Assembly: GCA_963787445.1 (NCBI GenBank)
Contig: CAWBCT010000005.1
Span: forward strand, 416,001 to 480,000
From: an uncultured archaeon
GTDB taxonomy: Archaea; Micrarchaeota; Micrarchaeia; Micrarchaeales; CABMGC01
DNA: 64,000 nt
Reading direction: 5' to 3'
Both the position numbers and the translations under genes were made by a program. Under the pieces are notes generated by a model. The model was not told the DNA's origin and did not search any database. It saw only the letters and a program-made list of their open reading frames with translations. This document shows, piece after piece, positions 17,274 to 26,264 of the stretch (its first letter is position 1; every line of letters starts with the position of its first letter).

Positions 17274-18524
17274 TTAGAAGTCCACCTTCACGCTCTCCCC
17301 TACCTTTGGCATTTCAGCATCGTAGCCCTCTGCCTGCAGCCAGTTCAGGAACTCCCCGCCTGCTTCTGGATCGCCGTGAACAAGGATCACCTTCTCCGGC
17401 TCCGAGCCCTTCACATACTGGTGAAGGTCCTCCTGGCCTGCGTGCGCGGAGAAGTCGTAGAACGCGAACGGCGTCCTAACGGAGAACTTGCGGCCGTCGA
17501 TGTTCAGAGGTTTCTCTTCAAGCAGCCTTCTCCCGTTCGTGTCCTCTGCCTGGTACCCGGTTAGGAAGATCATCGAGTGGCTGTTGAGCTTCTGTATGTA
17601 GTCTAGGACAGGGCCCCCGTTGAGCATCCCTGCCGTGGTTATGATTATGTTTCCGCCACGAAGCGCCTCGGCCCTGTCGCTGAGCTTGCCTATCTGCACC
17701 GTATTGCGCACGGCCTCCGCCAGCAGGTGTCCGTTCTTGACATACTGCGGATGCTTCATCACGATCTCGGTAGCCTTTCGGCACATCCCGTCCATGTAGG
17801 TGTTGCCGGAGAGCTTGTGCTTGTGCAGAAGGGCAAGAATCTCCTGAGACCTGCCGACCGCAAACGCGGGAATCAGCGCGACGCCGTTGTTCTCTATGAC
17901 CTCCTTTATCGTGTTTATGAACAGCTTAACGACACCCTCCTTCTCCGGGTGCTCGCGCCCGCCGTAGGTCGACTCTATGATGAGCGTGTTGCCCTTGATT
18001 ATCTCGGCGCCGTCGTGCAGCGTCTGCGGCTGGAGCTTGAAGTCGCCGGTGTAGACGATGCTCCTGTCGCTGTTCTGCTTCTCTATCTTCGTCACGGCGC
18101 TGCCCGGGATGTGCCCGGCGTCGTGGAAGCTTATGGTGTAGTCCTCGTAGTCGAAGCGGTCGTGGTACTGGTAGGTGTGGTAGTTCTGGGAGAAGAGGGT
18201 TGCCTCCTTCTTCGAGTAGTGGCTCTTGGTGCGGTTCAGCTTGTTTATCTTTATCGAGTCCTCGATGAGGAGCTCGGAGAGCCCGAGCGTCGGTTCTGTG
18301 CCGAATGCCGGAGGGACCCCGGTGCGGTAGAGTGCCGGAGCGTTGCCGCAGTGGTCCAGGTGCGCGTGGCTCAGTATAAAAGCGTCGACCTCGCCCGCAG
18401 GCAGAGGGTACTCCACATGCCCGTTTATCTTCAAACCGTAATCCAAAAGTATGTTCTTCTTGTCCTTCAGCAGGATTCCTGACCTGCCAACTTCGCTAGC
18501 CGCTCCTAAAAATCGTATTTCCAC
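17274..18524 (-). CDS. MBL-fold beta-CASP ribonuclease (aCPSF2-like)
   Basis: FLGAASEVGRS, SHAHLDH, AGHIPGS, YTGDF, ESTYG, FAVGRSQE, FSAHA, LVHG. Confidence 0.92.
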   Translation of the reverse strand: MEIRFLGAASEVGRSGILLKDKKNILLDYGLKINGHVEYPLPAGEVDAFILSHAHLDHCGNAPALYRTGVPPAFGTEPTLGLSELLIEDSIKINKLNRTKSHYSKKEATLFSQNYHTYQYHDRFDYEDYTISFHDAGHIPGSAVTKIEKQNSDRSIVYTGDFKLQPQTLHDGAEIIKGNTLIIESTYGGREHPEKEGVVKLFINTIKEVIENNGVALIPAFAVGRSQEILALLHKHKLSGNTYMDGMCRKATEIVMKHPQYVKNGHLLAEAVRNTVQIGKLSDRAEALRGGNIIITTAGMLNGGPVLDYIQKLNSHSMIFLTGYQAEDTNGRRLLEEKPLNIDGRKFSVRTPFAFYDFSAHAGQEDLHQYVKGSEPEKVILVHGDPEAGGEFLNWLQAEGYDAEMPKVGESVKVDF

Positions 18525-18593
18525 ATTATCACAACAATATCTTTCTATTTAATAGTCTTTTTATTTATTCTTATAGTATAAAAGAGTGATACC

Positions 18594-19292
18594 ATGGCGG
18601 ACGAAGTTAACTTTTTGGACATTGCAGTGCTTTTGAAGATCACACCCAACACGCCCCTAGAAAAGCTCGGCAGCCTGCTCAACGCGAGCATCTTCGACGC
18701 ATCCAACCTCGCAGGAACCCTGAAGCAGAAGAACCTGATAGAGTTCTCCGCCTATTATCCGGGACCGAACAGCATAACCGTGACCGAGACCGGCAAGGCC
18801 CTCATAGCAGATGCCGACGCAAAGAGCGCCCTGCCCTTCGACGCCCTCGACGACTCGATACTGAAGCAGCTCTCGGGCGGCAAGCGAGCCCCCGTGGAGC
18901 TCCAGAGCACCCTCAACCTTCACCCGAAGGACCTTGCGCTGAGGCTCTACAAGGTGAGCAAGCAGGGCTTCATAACCTACGAGCTCAAGAACGCCACTGT
19001 GGACCTCATGCTAACCGAGAAGGGCTTCCTAAGGGCGAAGGGAGGCACAGACCAGATGGCAACACCCGGCGCCCCACCGGCACCTATGGCACCACCGTCC
19101 ACCGCCCCGATGCAGCAAGCGGCAACCACACCAATGCAGCCTCCACTCCAGCCGGGAACACCACAACCAGCAACCCCTCCAGTTCCGCCGGCACTGCATG
19201 GCAAGCCGATGAACAGGAAGATAATAGTCATATTCGTGGTTCTTATCGTGATCCTCGCCCTGGCCTACGTGCTTATACATTACGCCCTCTAG
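18594..19292 (+). CDS. Hypothetical protein: tandem winged-helix domains, Pro-rich linker, C-terminal TM anchor
   Basis: Two internal repeats ending ITVTETGK / LMLTEKGF; P/A/Q-rich linker; terminal hydrophobic helix. Confidence 0.7.
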   Translation: MADEVNFLDIAVLLKITPNTPLEKLGSLLNASIFDASNLAGTLKQKNLIEFSAYYPGPNSITVTETGKALIADADAKSALPFDALDDSILKQLSGGKRAPVELQSTLNLHPKDLALRLYKVSKQGFITYELKNATVDLMLTEKGFLRAKGGTDQMATPGAPPAPMAPPSTAPMQQAATTPMQPPLQPGTPQPATPPVPPALHGKPMNRKIIVIFVVLIVILALAYVLIHYAL

Positions 19293-19294
19293 GA

Positions 19295-19915
19295 GTGAAC
19301 ATGCAAACGGAATATTTTAAGGGCAAGGCGCTTCTCGACAAGTACGGCATAAAGAGCATCCCAAGCTCCTATGTGGAAAGCGCGGAGTCGGCCGTAGGGT
19401 TCTCAAAGGGGCATCCGATAGTCCTGAAGGTCATCTCTGAGAAAGCACTACACAAGTCAAAGGCCGGCGTCGTTAAGGTCGGCATTGCAACGCCCGCCGA
19501 GATAAAGTCCGCCTACAGGGAGCTCGAGGCAAAGGCGCAGAAACTGAAGCCCTACAAGATACTCGCCCAGCGCCTGTCGAAAGGGGGCATCGAGATAATA
19601 CTCGGCGGCAGGAGCGACCCCCAATTCGGGATGCTGGTGCTGCTAGGCCTCGGCGGGATATACGTGGAGACGTTCAGGGACTTCGCGCTGCGCACCTGCC
19701 CCATAACAAGGTATGACGCGGAGCAGATGATTGAGCAGCTCAGATCGCGCAACCTGGTGACCTACAAAGGCGCAGCCTCCAAGATGCTCGTAGAGCTTCT
19801 CCTCAAGGTGTCAAAGATGCTTAATGATAATCCAGAGATAAAGGAGCTCGACCTGAACCCGGCATTCATCCGGGAGAGCGACTACGACGTGGTCGACATA
19901 AGGATCCTGAGGTAA
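19295..19915 (+). CDS. acdB: ADP-forming acetate--CoA ligase beta subunit (ATP-grasp)
   Basis: PIVLKV, HKSKAGVV, DPQFG...GLGGIYVE.F.D, ELDLNP. Confidence 0.9.
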   Translation: MNMQTEYFKGKALLDKYGIKSIPSSYVESAESAVGFSKGHPIVLKVISEKALHKSKAGVVKVGIATPAEIKSAYRELEAKAQKLKPYKILAQRLSKGGIEIILGGRSDPQFGMLVLLGLGGIYVETFRDFALRTCPITRYDAEQMIEQLRSRNLVTYKGAASKMLVELLLKVSKMLNDNPEIKELDLNPAFIRESDYDVVDIRILR

Positions 19916-19919
19916 TGCC

Positions 19920-21314
19920 ATGGAAAAAATCCGCAAACCGCTCGATATAAGAATGATGTTCAAGCCAAGGCGCATTGCGATAATAGGCGCATCCAGGGAT
20001 CCCGAAAAGGTCGGGCACATAATACTCCAGAACTACATCAATGGCGGCTATGACGGCAAGCTCTATCCTGTGAACAAGAACGCAGACAAGATAATGGGCC
20101 TGAAGGCGTACCCTAGCGTCCTTGACATAAAAGAGCAGGTTGACCTGGCGGTCATCGCCATACCCGCGCCCCTTGTTCCCGAAGCGATCGAGGAGTGCGG
20201 CAAGGCGGGGATAAAGACCGCGATAGTGATAAGCGGCGGCTTCTCCGAGATCGGCAACGTTGACCTTCAGGAGAAGATGGTTGCCGTGGCGAACAAGTAC
20301 GGGATAGCCCTGTTGGGCCCCAACTGCCTCGGGGTGATGGACCCGAGGTCCAGGGTGGACACGCTGTTCCTCCCCTCCTACAAACTGAGCAGGTCGCCGG
20401 TTGGTGGAGTGAGTTTCGTGGCCCAAAGCGGCGCCGTCGGAAGCACCGTGCTCGATCTAATCTCCCAGGAAGGGTTCGGGCTCTCAAAGTTCATCTCCTA
20501 CGGCAACGCCGCCCAGGTGGACGAGGTTGACATACTGCACTACCTGATGAATGACCCGGAAACAAAAGTAATCGTCATGTACATTGAGGGGATAAAGCGC
20601 GGCAAGGCATTCATAGAGCTCGCACGGCAGATAACCAGGATCAAGCCCGTGGTGGTGCTCAAGGCCGGGCGCACAGAGGCAGGCGCATCCGCGGCGCTCT
20701 CCCACACCGCCTCTCTGGCGGGCAGCTACGAGGCCTACGAAGCGGTGTTCAGGCAGTTCGGCTTCACCATAGCCAGCGACATAAGCGACCTGATATATTT
20801 CTCTAAGATATTCTCCACAGAACCGGCACCGAAGGGCAACCGGGTTGGAATAATAACAAACGGCGGCGGCACCGGGGTCCTCACCGCAGACGCGATAGCA
20901 GGCTACAGCGACTTCGTGCTCGGGGAGTTCAGCAAGTCAACGGCCGATACGCTCAGGAAGGAGATGCCTCCGCTTGTAAACATCAGGAATCCGCTTGACC
21001 TTGCCGGAGACGCCGACAGGAAGAGATACGGCGATGCACTTACAAACCTGGCAAACGACCCCAAAATAGACATACTGGTGGTGATAGTGCTCTTCCAGAC
21101 CCCCGGGGCGGACTCAACGCTCGCGGCAGAGGTCATAGGCATCAAGCAAAGCCTTGACAAGCCGATGATCGTCATCAGCATGGGCTCCTCCTACACCGAG
21201 ATGCACAAGATAATGATGGAGAGTGCAGGAGTGCCGGTCTTTGACTCGCCGGCGGCCGCGGCCAAGGCGCTCGACGGGCTGTACCTCTATTGGAAGTACC
21301 GCAGGGCTCACTGA
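19920..21314 (+). CDS. acdA: ADP-forming acetate--CoA ligase alpha subunit
   Basis: IIGAS..P.KVG, LGPNCLG, QSGA, SHTASLAG (phospho-His), TNGGG.G, NPLDL. Confidence 0.92.
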   Translation: MEKIRKPLDIRMMFKPRRIAIIGASRDPEKVGHIILQNYINGGYDGKLYPVNKNADKIMGLKAYPSVLDIKEQVDLAVIAIPAPLVPEAIEECGKAGIKTAIVISGGFSEIGNVDLQEKMVAVANKYGIALLGPNCLGVMDPRSRVDTLFLPSYKLSRSPVGGVSFVAQSGAVGSTVLDLISQEGFGLSKFISYGNAAQVDEVDILHYLMNDPETKVIVMYIEGIKRGKAFIELARQITRIKPVVVLKAGRTEAGASAALSHTASLAGSYEAYEAVFRQFGFTIASDISDLIYFSKIFSTEPAPKGNRVGIITNGGGTGVLTADAIAGYSDFVLGEFSKSTADTLRKEMPPLVNIRNPLDLAGDADRKRYGDALTNLANDPKIDILVVIVLFQTPGADSTLAAEVIGIKQSLDKPMIVISMGSSYTEMHKIMMESAGVPVFDSPAAAAKALDGLYLYWKYRRAH

Positions 21315-22525
21315 TCAGAAAATAGTTCCTGCAACGCGTTCTTCACCGCCGTCTCCTTCTTCTCATCAGAGCTTAGAATCTCAAACAACTTTGAGGGACC
21401 CACCCTGAGCGCGTAGCCGTCCTTCTTTATCTTATCCAAGAATATTCCCAAACCGTAATCGCGCACCGAGAGATTGCCAACCATCCCATCCTGAACCGCC
21501 TTTATCTCTGTCTTAGACACCGAATCCTCAACCTTCTCCTTTGAAATGTCGACTATCGCATCGGGGTAAACGCTCGCTGCATCTCCCAGAAAGATATCGG
21601 AGCGCCTGAACCCCTTCTTTACCTCCCCGCTCACATCAACCTTTATAACGCACCTCTCTTTTCCGCTGTTGCTTTCTATAACCGCCCTAATCTTCTTATC
21701 TATCATCTCCTTGCACTGCGCTGGTTCCATGCCGCTTATATCTATCTTCAGCAATCTGAACGGCCTTGACTTTATTTTATGGAATGCATACTTCCCAGTT
21801 TCAGTGTCAAAGACGTAGAACCCCTTTCCATCCTGCTCGCTTTCCCTCAACTGCGTAATAACAGTGCTTCCTGGTATCAGGAATGGCTTCCCATGGCAGG
21901 TGTCCTCAACCCTGCTGTGGATGTGTCCATCAACGTACAGATCAAAACCCTTCGGGAGCTCATCCATCTTCGCAAACTCCTTGCTGTAGGGGAGCAGTTC
22001 GTACAGCGTCTGGTGGAACATGAAGATGTTGAAGGCGTCTTTCTCTGGCTTGAAGTCGGTTTGTGCTATAATGTCTTTAAATCGTTCATCCGCCACGCCG
22101 CCAATCCCAAAGACCGCTACTCTCTCAACCCTGGCCCCTCTCTTTTCCACAACAGCCTTGCACCTGTTCACGCTTACGGCCAGTCCTGCCAGGGAAAGAA
22201 GGTCCACGGAGTCGACTGCGAGCTCCGAGCGCCGCTCATGTGTCCCAGGTATTACTATTATCGGTTTGTCAGTGTAGATCTGACCCTTCCCATCAAACTC
22301 GACAACCTTCCCGCCGAATTCGTGCCTGGAGAGATCCCTAAAAAGGTTTATCGCCTCCGCGATCGTTTCCGGCTTCGGATGCCTGAAATCAAAAATGTCC
22401 CCGGGAACTATGATCATGTCTGAAAGCCCCGCAGCAGTCTCTAGGGCCTCCCGTGCCTGCACGTAGGCATCTTCTATGAATCGTTCGTAGCCAAGATGGA
22501 GGTCACTCACTATCGCAACTTTCAA
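21308..22525 (-). CDS. mre11: DNA double-strand break repair nuclease Mre11
   Basis: SDLHLGY, GDIFD, PGTHE, FHQ, GHIH, PGS, KGF; TTG start. Confidence 0.85.
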   Translation of the reverse strand: MKVAIVSDLHLGYERFIEDAYVQAREALETAAGLSDMIIVPGDIFDFRHPKPETIAEAINLFRDLSRHEFGGKVVEFDGKGQIYTDKPIIVIPGTHERRSELAVDSVDLLSLAGLAVSVNRCKAVVEKRGARVERVAVFGIGGVADERFKDIIAQTDFKPEKDAFNIFMFHQTLYELLPYSKEFAKMDELPKGFDLYVDGHIHSRVEDTCHGKPFLIPGSTVITQLRESEQDGKGFYVFDTETGKYAFHKIKSRPFRLLKIDISGMEPAQCKEMIDKKIRAVIESNSGKERCVIKVDVSGEVKKGFRRSDIFLGDAASVYPDAIVDISKEKVEDSVSKTEIKAVQDGMVGNLSVRDYGLGIFLDKIKKDGYALRVGPSKLFEILSSDEKKETAVKNALQELFSDQ

Positions 22526-22574
22526 GACACCACGCTGCTAATAATTGCCTGCCAAGTTATTTATTCTGTGCATC

Positions 22575-23447
22575 TCAGTGCGCCAGGATTGAGAACAGGA
22601 GGTTTCCATAGGCGAGGGAGATGGCCAGCCCAACAAAGATAAATGCGGCAAGCGGCACGGCATTTTTGTATACTGGGATAAGTTTTCTCTCAGATTTCAG
22701 GTCCGTAAGAAGCCGGCGCGTCACGAGCCTGCCAAAGGCCTTGGATTTTTTATTGAAGTAGTTCACCTCGGATTTTTTCATGAGGTTCGTTGCGATCATG
22801 TCTCCCGGCGTGATGCTCTTCGGGAAAACCAACGCGACCATCCTGCAGTTTATTTTTCGCTCAAACACGATTAGGATTCCAGACGGGACCGCAAGGAGCA
22901 GTAGCAGGACAGTGCCGACGAGCGTCACCCCCACAAGGAGGTACAGAGCCACTATCAACAGCGCGTACAGCACGATGATCGCCATCCCCATCGCCATCTT
23001 CCTGCTTTCCAAGCAGAAGTTTTTCTCAAGCGGACTTGGCTTCACAAACACGAGGTAGTAAATCACAACGCCGATCAGCGAGGCGTAGCCCGACGCCACG
23101 AACACCGAAAGTATGAACGGCAGTGCCGGCTGTAAAGCCGCTCCAAGAAAAGGAGCCGGCTGCAACGGGATTATCAAGGTTATTATGGCTGCGAGGAAAA
23201 CGTCGCCGGCGCCAAGAACGCCCGACCTGTAAAGCAGGTAGCCGCCGGCACAGATTGCAATTGCGGTGGTCACTGCAACATCAAATGCGAAACCAGAGTA
23301 GGTGAACGCTAAAAGCACAGCCAGGGCCAGGCTTGCATAGGCAAAAATGTCAGGAATCTCGCGATTGTTGAAAATGTCAAGAGCCGCGTACACAAACGCT
23401 ATCGCCAGTACGGCGACAACGCGGACACTCTCCAGATCCCAAAACAT
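22575..23447 (-). CDS. A24 family prepilin/class III signal peptidase
   Basis: D....EIPD and GAGD aspartate motifs; multi-TM; C-terminal V...VPLAAFIF.G. ATG 23447 preferred. Confidence 0.8.
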   Translation of the reverse strand: MFWDLESVRVVAVLAIAFVYAALDIFNNREIPDIFAYASLALAVLLAFTYSGFAFDVAVTTAIAICAGGYLLYRSGVLGAGDVFLAAIITLIIPLQPAPFLGAALQPALPFILSVFVASGYASLIGVVIYYLVFVKPSPLEKNFCLESRKMAMGMAIIVLYALLIVALYLLVGVTLVGTVLLLLLAVPSGILIVFERKINCRMVALVFPKSITPGDMIATNLMKKSEVNYFNKKSKAFGRLVTRRLLTDLKSERKLIPVYKNAVPLAAFIFVGLAISLAYGNLLFSILAH

Positions 23448-23470
23448 GAACACACGAATACGGGTTTGTA

Positions 23471-23487
23471 GAAAAAGCTTAAATATC
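23471..23487 (+). promoter_or_regulatory. BRE + TATA-like promoter upstream of a structured leader
   Basis: GAAAAAG-CTTAAATA matches the archaeal BRE/TATA pattern. Confidence 0.45.
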
Positions 23488-23526
23488 TTGTCTAGAAATG
23501 TGATAGTGATAGTAACTAGGTTCGAA

Positions 23527-23653
23527 GCATGCAAAACTTGAAGCTGTGGGATACGAAGAGGCACATAGCCTTGAAGGTAGCTTCCGCAATTAATAAGTTT
23601 TGCATGTATGGATTGGTTCTGCCATCTGCATAAGAGCGTAACTCTCTTTTTTT
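23527..23653 (+). ncRNA. Candidate structured leader / small RNA ending in hairpin + U-tract
   Basis: 12-bp stem 23528-23539/23595-23606, stacked 6-bp stem 23540-23545/23579-23584, further hairpins, then AGAG-CGTAA-CTCT and T7. Confidence 0.45.
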
Positions 23654-23663
23654 CGGTGCTCGT

Positions 23664-24029
23664 ATGCAAGTGGCTAAACTATTAGTTAGAAGTGCAAATG
23701 TTGCTCAGCTGGAGCAGGAGCTAAGTGAGAAGGAGCTTCTCCTGCTTTCGGAGATAGGACTTGACCAGATCCCATCCGCGAGCAGCTTCGTCTCATACGT
23801 AGCCGAGCAGTACGGTCTGTCGCAGAGCGGTGTCTGGTACATACTGAAGAAACTCAAGCAGAAGAGGGTGGTGGATTTCACGGAGAAGGGTGAGGGGCAG
23901 AAACCCCTCACTCTCACAGAGTTAGGCGTCAGGGCGTTCCGTCAGCAGCGGAGCGGCCCGACCTACGCACCAGCGCCAGCCCAGCAGAGGAACGCCGTAG
24001 GGCACACGGTGCTGCCTGGATTATACTAA
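23664..24029 (+). CDS. Winged helix-turn-helix protein (putative regulator)
   Basis: YGLSQSGVWYILKKLKQKRVVDF......LTLTELG wHTH pattern. Confidence 0.7.
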   Translation: MQVAKLLVRSANVAQLEQELSEKELLLLSEIGLDQIPSASSFVSYVAEQYGLSQSGVWYILKKLKQKRVVDFTEKGEGQKPLTLTELGVRAFRQQRSGPTYAPAPAQQRNAVGHTVLPGLY

Positions 24030-24030
24030 G

Positions 24031-24255
24031 GTGGGAAAAATGGAAACAAAAACAACGAGACAAAAAAGGCCGGGGAATGCAGTTGCAGCAGAACCGCGTG
24101 GTGTTACCGAAGTCTTGCGTAGGTCCATGCCTCCTAAAGGGGCGGCATCCGAAACAAACACCGAAACAATCCCGGATAGTGTGCTTATTAGTGGCTCCTT
24201 AGACTCTTCGAGCCTTTTCCTCATGCTCCGCCTGGGAAATAGATTTGGTGGTTAA
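24031..24255 (+). CDS. Small hypothetical protein (may be non-coding)
   Basis: 74-aa ORF immediately after the wHTH gene; no motif. Confidence 0.3.
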   Translation: MGKMETKTTRQKRPGNAVAAEPRGVTEVLRRSMPPKGAASETNTETIPDSVLISGSLDSSSLFLMLRLGNRFGG

Positions 24256-24264
24256 AAATCAAGA

Positions 24265-24579
24265 CTAATGGGCAATCGCAGCCTCAATACCAAGGAGCAG
24301 CCTCTTAGTAGGTATGCCGAGCCCGAAGCCCCCAATCCCACCAGACGCGACAACGCGGTGGCATGGAATCAATATTGGAAATGGGTTTGCGTGCAGGGCA
24401 TTGCCTACCGCTCGCTGCGCGTTGGGTCTTCCAACATAGCGAGCCATTTGTGAGTAGGTCCAGGTCTCTCCAGGTTTTATGTCTAGGAGCGACATTATCA
24501 CGTCTATCTGAAACTTTGTAAGACCTTTGGCGCGTAGAAGCCTTGCCATTGCACGCGCATACAATGTTTTATTTTTCAC
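24265..24579 (-). CDS. ogt: Methylated-DNA--protein-cysteine methyltransferase (C-terminal domain only)
   Basis: G.T.TY..MA, RAVGNAL..NP.PILIPCHRVV, K..LL..E. Confidence 0.88.
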   Translation of the reverse strand: MKNKTLYARAMARLLRAKGLTKFQIDVIMSLLDIKPGETWTYSQMARYVGRPNAQRAVGNALHANPFPILIPCHRVVASGGIGGFGLGIPTKRLLLGIEAAIAH

Positions 24580-25157
24580 TCGGACACCTTACTTATTTTC
24601 TTTATAACCCTACTTAATTTATCCCTTAGCGCCTCAAGCGTGCCCGTATTTGATACCCTGTAATCCGCCTGCTTCATCACCGTCGCAAGGCCGAACTTCT
24701 CCTCGCCCTTATCCGCCATAAACCCCCTCCTGTTCCTCGCCTCAAGCCACCTAAAGTCCTCCACTGTTTTGGGATCCTCTGGCTTGTTCCTGGCCCGCAT
24801 GCGTTCAAATCTAAGGCTGAGCGGCGCCGTCAAGGCAACCACGACAATTTTGTCCTTCGCGTTCTTCTTAAGGTGGTCTATCTCGTAGGTGCTTCTAACC
24901 CCCATTATGACCACCTTCTTCATCGACGGATCTATGCGCTCAAGGGCGTACCTTGCGTACACGTCCTTGCCTTCCCTAAGACGCAGTTGAAGCGTGAACT
25001 CTCTCCCGGCCTTCATGTCCTCCTTGGGAATCTTCGCCTTAACAAGCAGCTCCCTCCAGATGTCTCCCAGCTCTATTATCTGGAATCCCTCTTCGCGCAG
25101 CATATCCGCAGCCACCGCCTTCCCGCAGCCCTGCAATCCGACAACAACCAAGATCAT
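24576..25157 (-). CDS. P-loop nucleoside/dephospho-CoA kinase-like protein (UPF0200-like)
   Basis: VVGLQGCGK, LGD..RE, GVRS..E, RFER...R, AD..VSN.G. Confidence 0.75.
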   Translation of the reverse strand: MILVVVGLQGCGKAVAADMLREEGFQIIELGDIWRELLVKAKIPKEDMKAGREFTLQLRLREGKDVYARYALERIDPSMKKVVIMGVRSTYEIDHLKKNAKDKIVVVALTAPLSLRFERMRARNKPEDPKTVEDFRWLEARNRRGFMADKGEEKFGLATVMKQADYRVSNTGTLEALRDKLSRVIKKISKVSE

Positions 25158-25165
25158 CTCATCGC

Positions 25166-25495
25166 CTAGTGTATCCTGCTCCCGTTGGCGAGCTCTTTGT
25201 CGGGGCCAAGCAGGGAAAGGTTCCCCTCGTCCTCAGCGGCCAGCACCATGCCCTGCGAGGCGATGCCCGCAATGCTCTTCGGATCCAGGTTGACAACGCA
25301 GGCGATCTGCCTGCCAAGAAGCTCTTCCCGGGAGTACCTGTCCTTTATCCCAGCAACCACCGTCCTTAGGCCCACCTCGGGCCCGAAGTCTAGGGTGAGT
25401 TTGTAGAGCGGCTTCCTGGCTCCTTCCACGTCCTCCACGTTGGTTATCCTGCCCACTCTCAGTTCCAGCCTAGCAAAATCGTCAATGGTTGCCAA
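25166..25495 (-). CDS. tRNA-binding OB-fold protein (Trbp111/CsaA family)
   Basis: DFARLELRVG.I, VVAGI, VVNL.P..IAG..SQGMVL. Confidence 0.9.
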   Translation of the reverse strand: MATIDDFARLELRVGRITNVEDVEGARKPLYKLTLDFGPEVGLRTVVAGIKDRYSREELLGRQIACVVNLDPKSIAGIASQGMVLAAEDEGNLSLLGPDKELANGSRIH

Positions 25496-25560
25496 TGAAC
25501 TCCCTCCAAAACACCAAGCTTTATCCCCTAAAATCTAAATGTTGTTGCCCAAACGCGGCA

Positions 25561-26136
25561 TCATTTCAAAACAGCCCTTACGACCCCATCCACGGTCGTT
25601 GTGTTAAGCAGCTCCCCGGGCCTGTAGATCCTGTTTTGCAGGAGCAGGTTGTAGGGCATCCCTGTCTTTGTGTCGATCACCACGTGCCTTAGGTTGGTCC
25701 CGAAGAGGTCAACCTCCGTAATCTTGCAGGGGATAATGCCGTGAACGTACTCCACAAAGCGGAGCAGCTCCTTGTGTCCGTTCTGCAGGCCGATGGCACG
25801 CAGCTCCAGGTTGTGCTTTCTGCTGCTCGGGAAGAGCTTCTGGAGGGAGGTGCGCAGGCTCTTCGGCATGACGTCCTTCACCCTGACGGCAGCGATCGCA
25901 GGCGAGTTTACATCATAAATTGTCAGAAGAAGGTCAAAGGCGAGGTTCTTCACCGCCAGGTATCTGGACTGCTCGGAATATCCCTGGAAGAGCTGCTCGC
26001 CGGGCTGCACCCAGGCGTTCCTGCCCTCTATGCTCGCGAGCGAGCAGTTGTGCCTCTCCCCGCTGCTCAGCCTGAGCTCCTGCAGGCCCAGATTGGCATG
26101 CAAAAGCTCCTTTTGGAAGGTGTTCCAGAGGTCCAT
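25561..26136 (-). CDS. Hypothetical protein with degenerate CheD-like deamidase fold
   Basis: VQPGE...L.VKNL....LTIYD, LELRAIG, ITEVDLFG...RHVVIDTKTG resemble CheD; catalytic Cys/His appear absent. ATG 26136. Confidence 0.5.
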   Translation of the reverse strand: MDLWNTFQKELLHANLGLQELRLSSGERHNCSLASIEGRNAWVQPGEQLFQGYSEQSRYLAVKNLAFDLLLTIYDVNSPAIAAVRVKDVMPKSLRTSLQKLFPSSRKHNLELRAIGLQNGHKELLRFVEYVHGIIPCKITEVDLFGTNLRHVVIDTKTGMPYNLLLQNRIYRPGELLNTTTVDGVVRAVLK

Positions 26137-26264
26137 GATTACACGACAAACAAGCGACAATACGATTGCCCTCAAAAGCTTAATATATCTTGATATCCAT
26201 AAGTAATACAGAGAATAAGAGCACCGCAAGGCGTTCCAAAACTTCTTTTAATTACGGTGTTGAA

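Noticed and set aside
4297-23557. Shared 11-mer TGGGATACGAA in both candidate ncRNAs (minus 4297-4307; plus 23547-23557)
   Set aside because: A single 11-nt match found post hoc in a 64-kb window is compatible with chance; no further similarity.
24265-24579. Short Ogt as a pseudogene
   Set aside because: The active-site PCHRV and HTH are intact, and single-domain MGMT proteins are common in small genomes.
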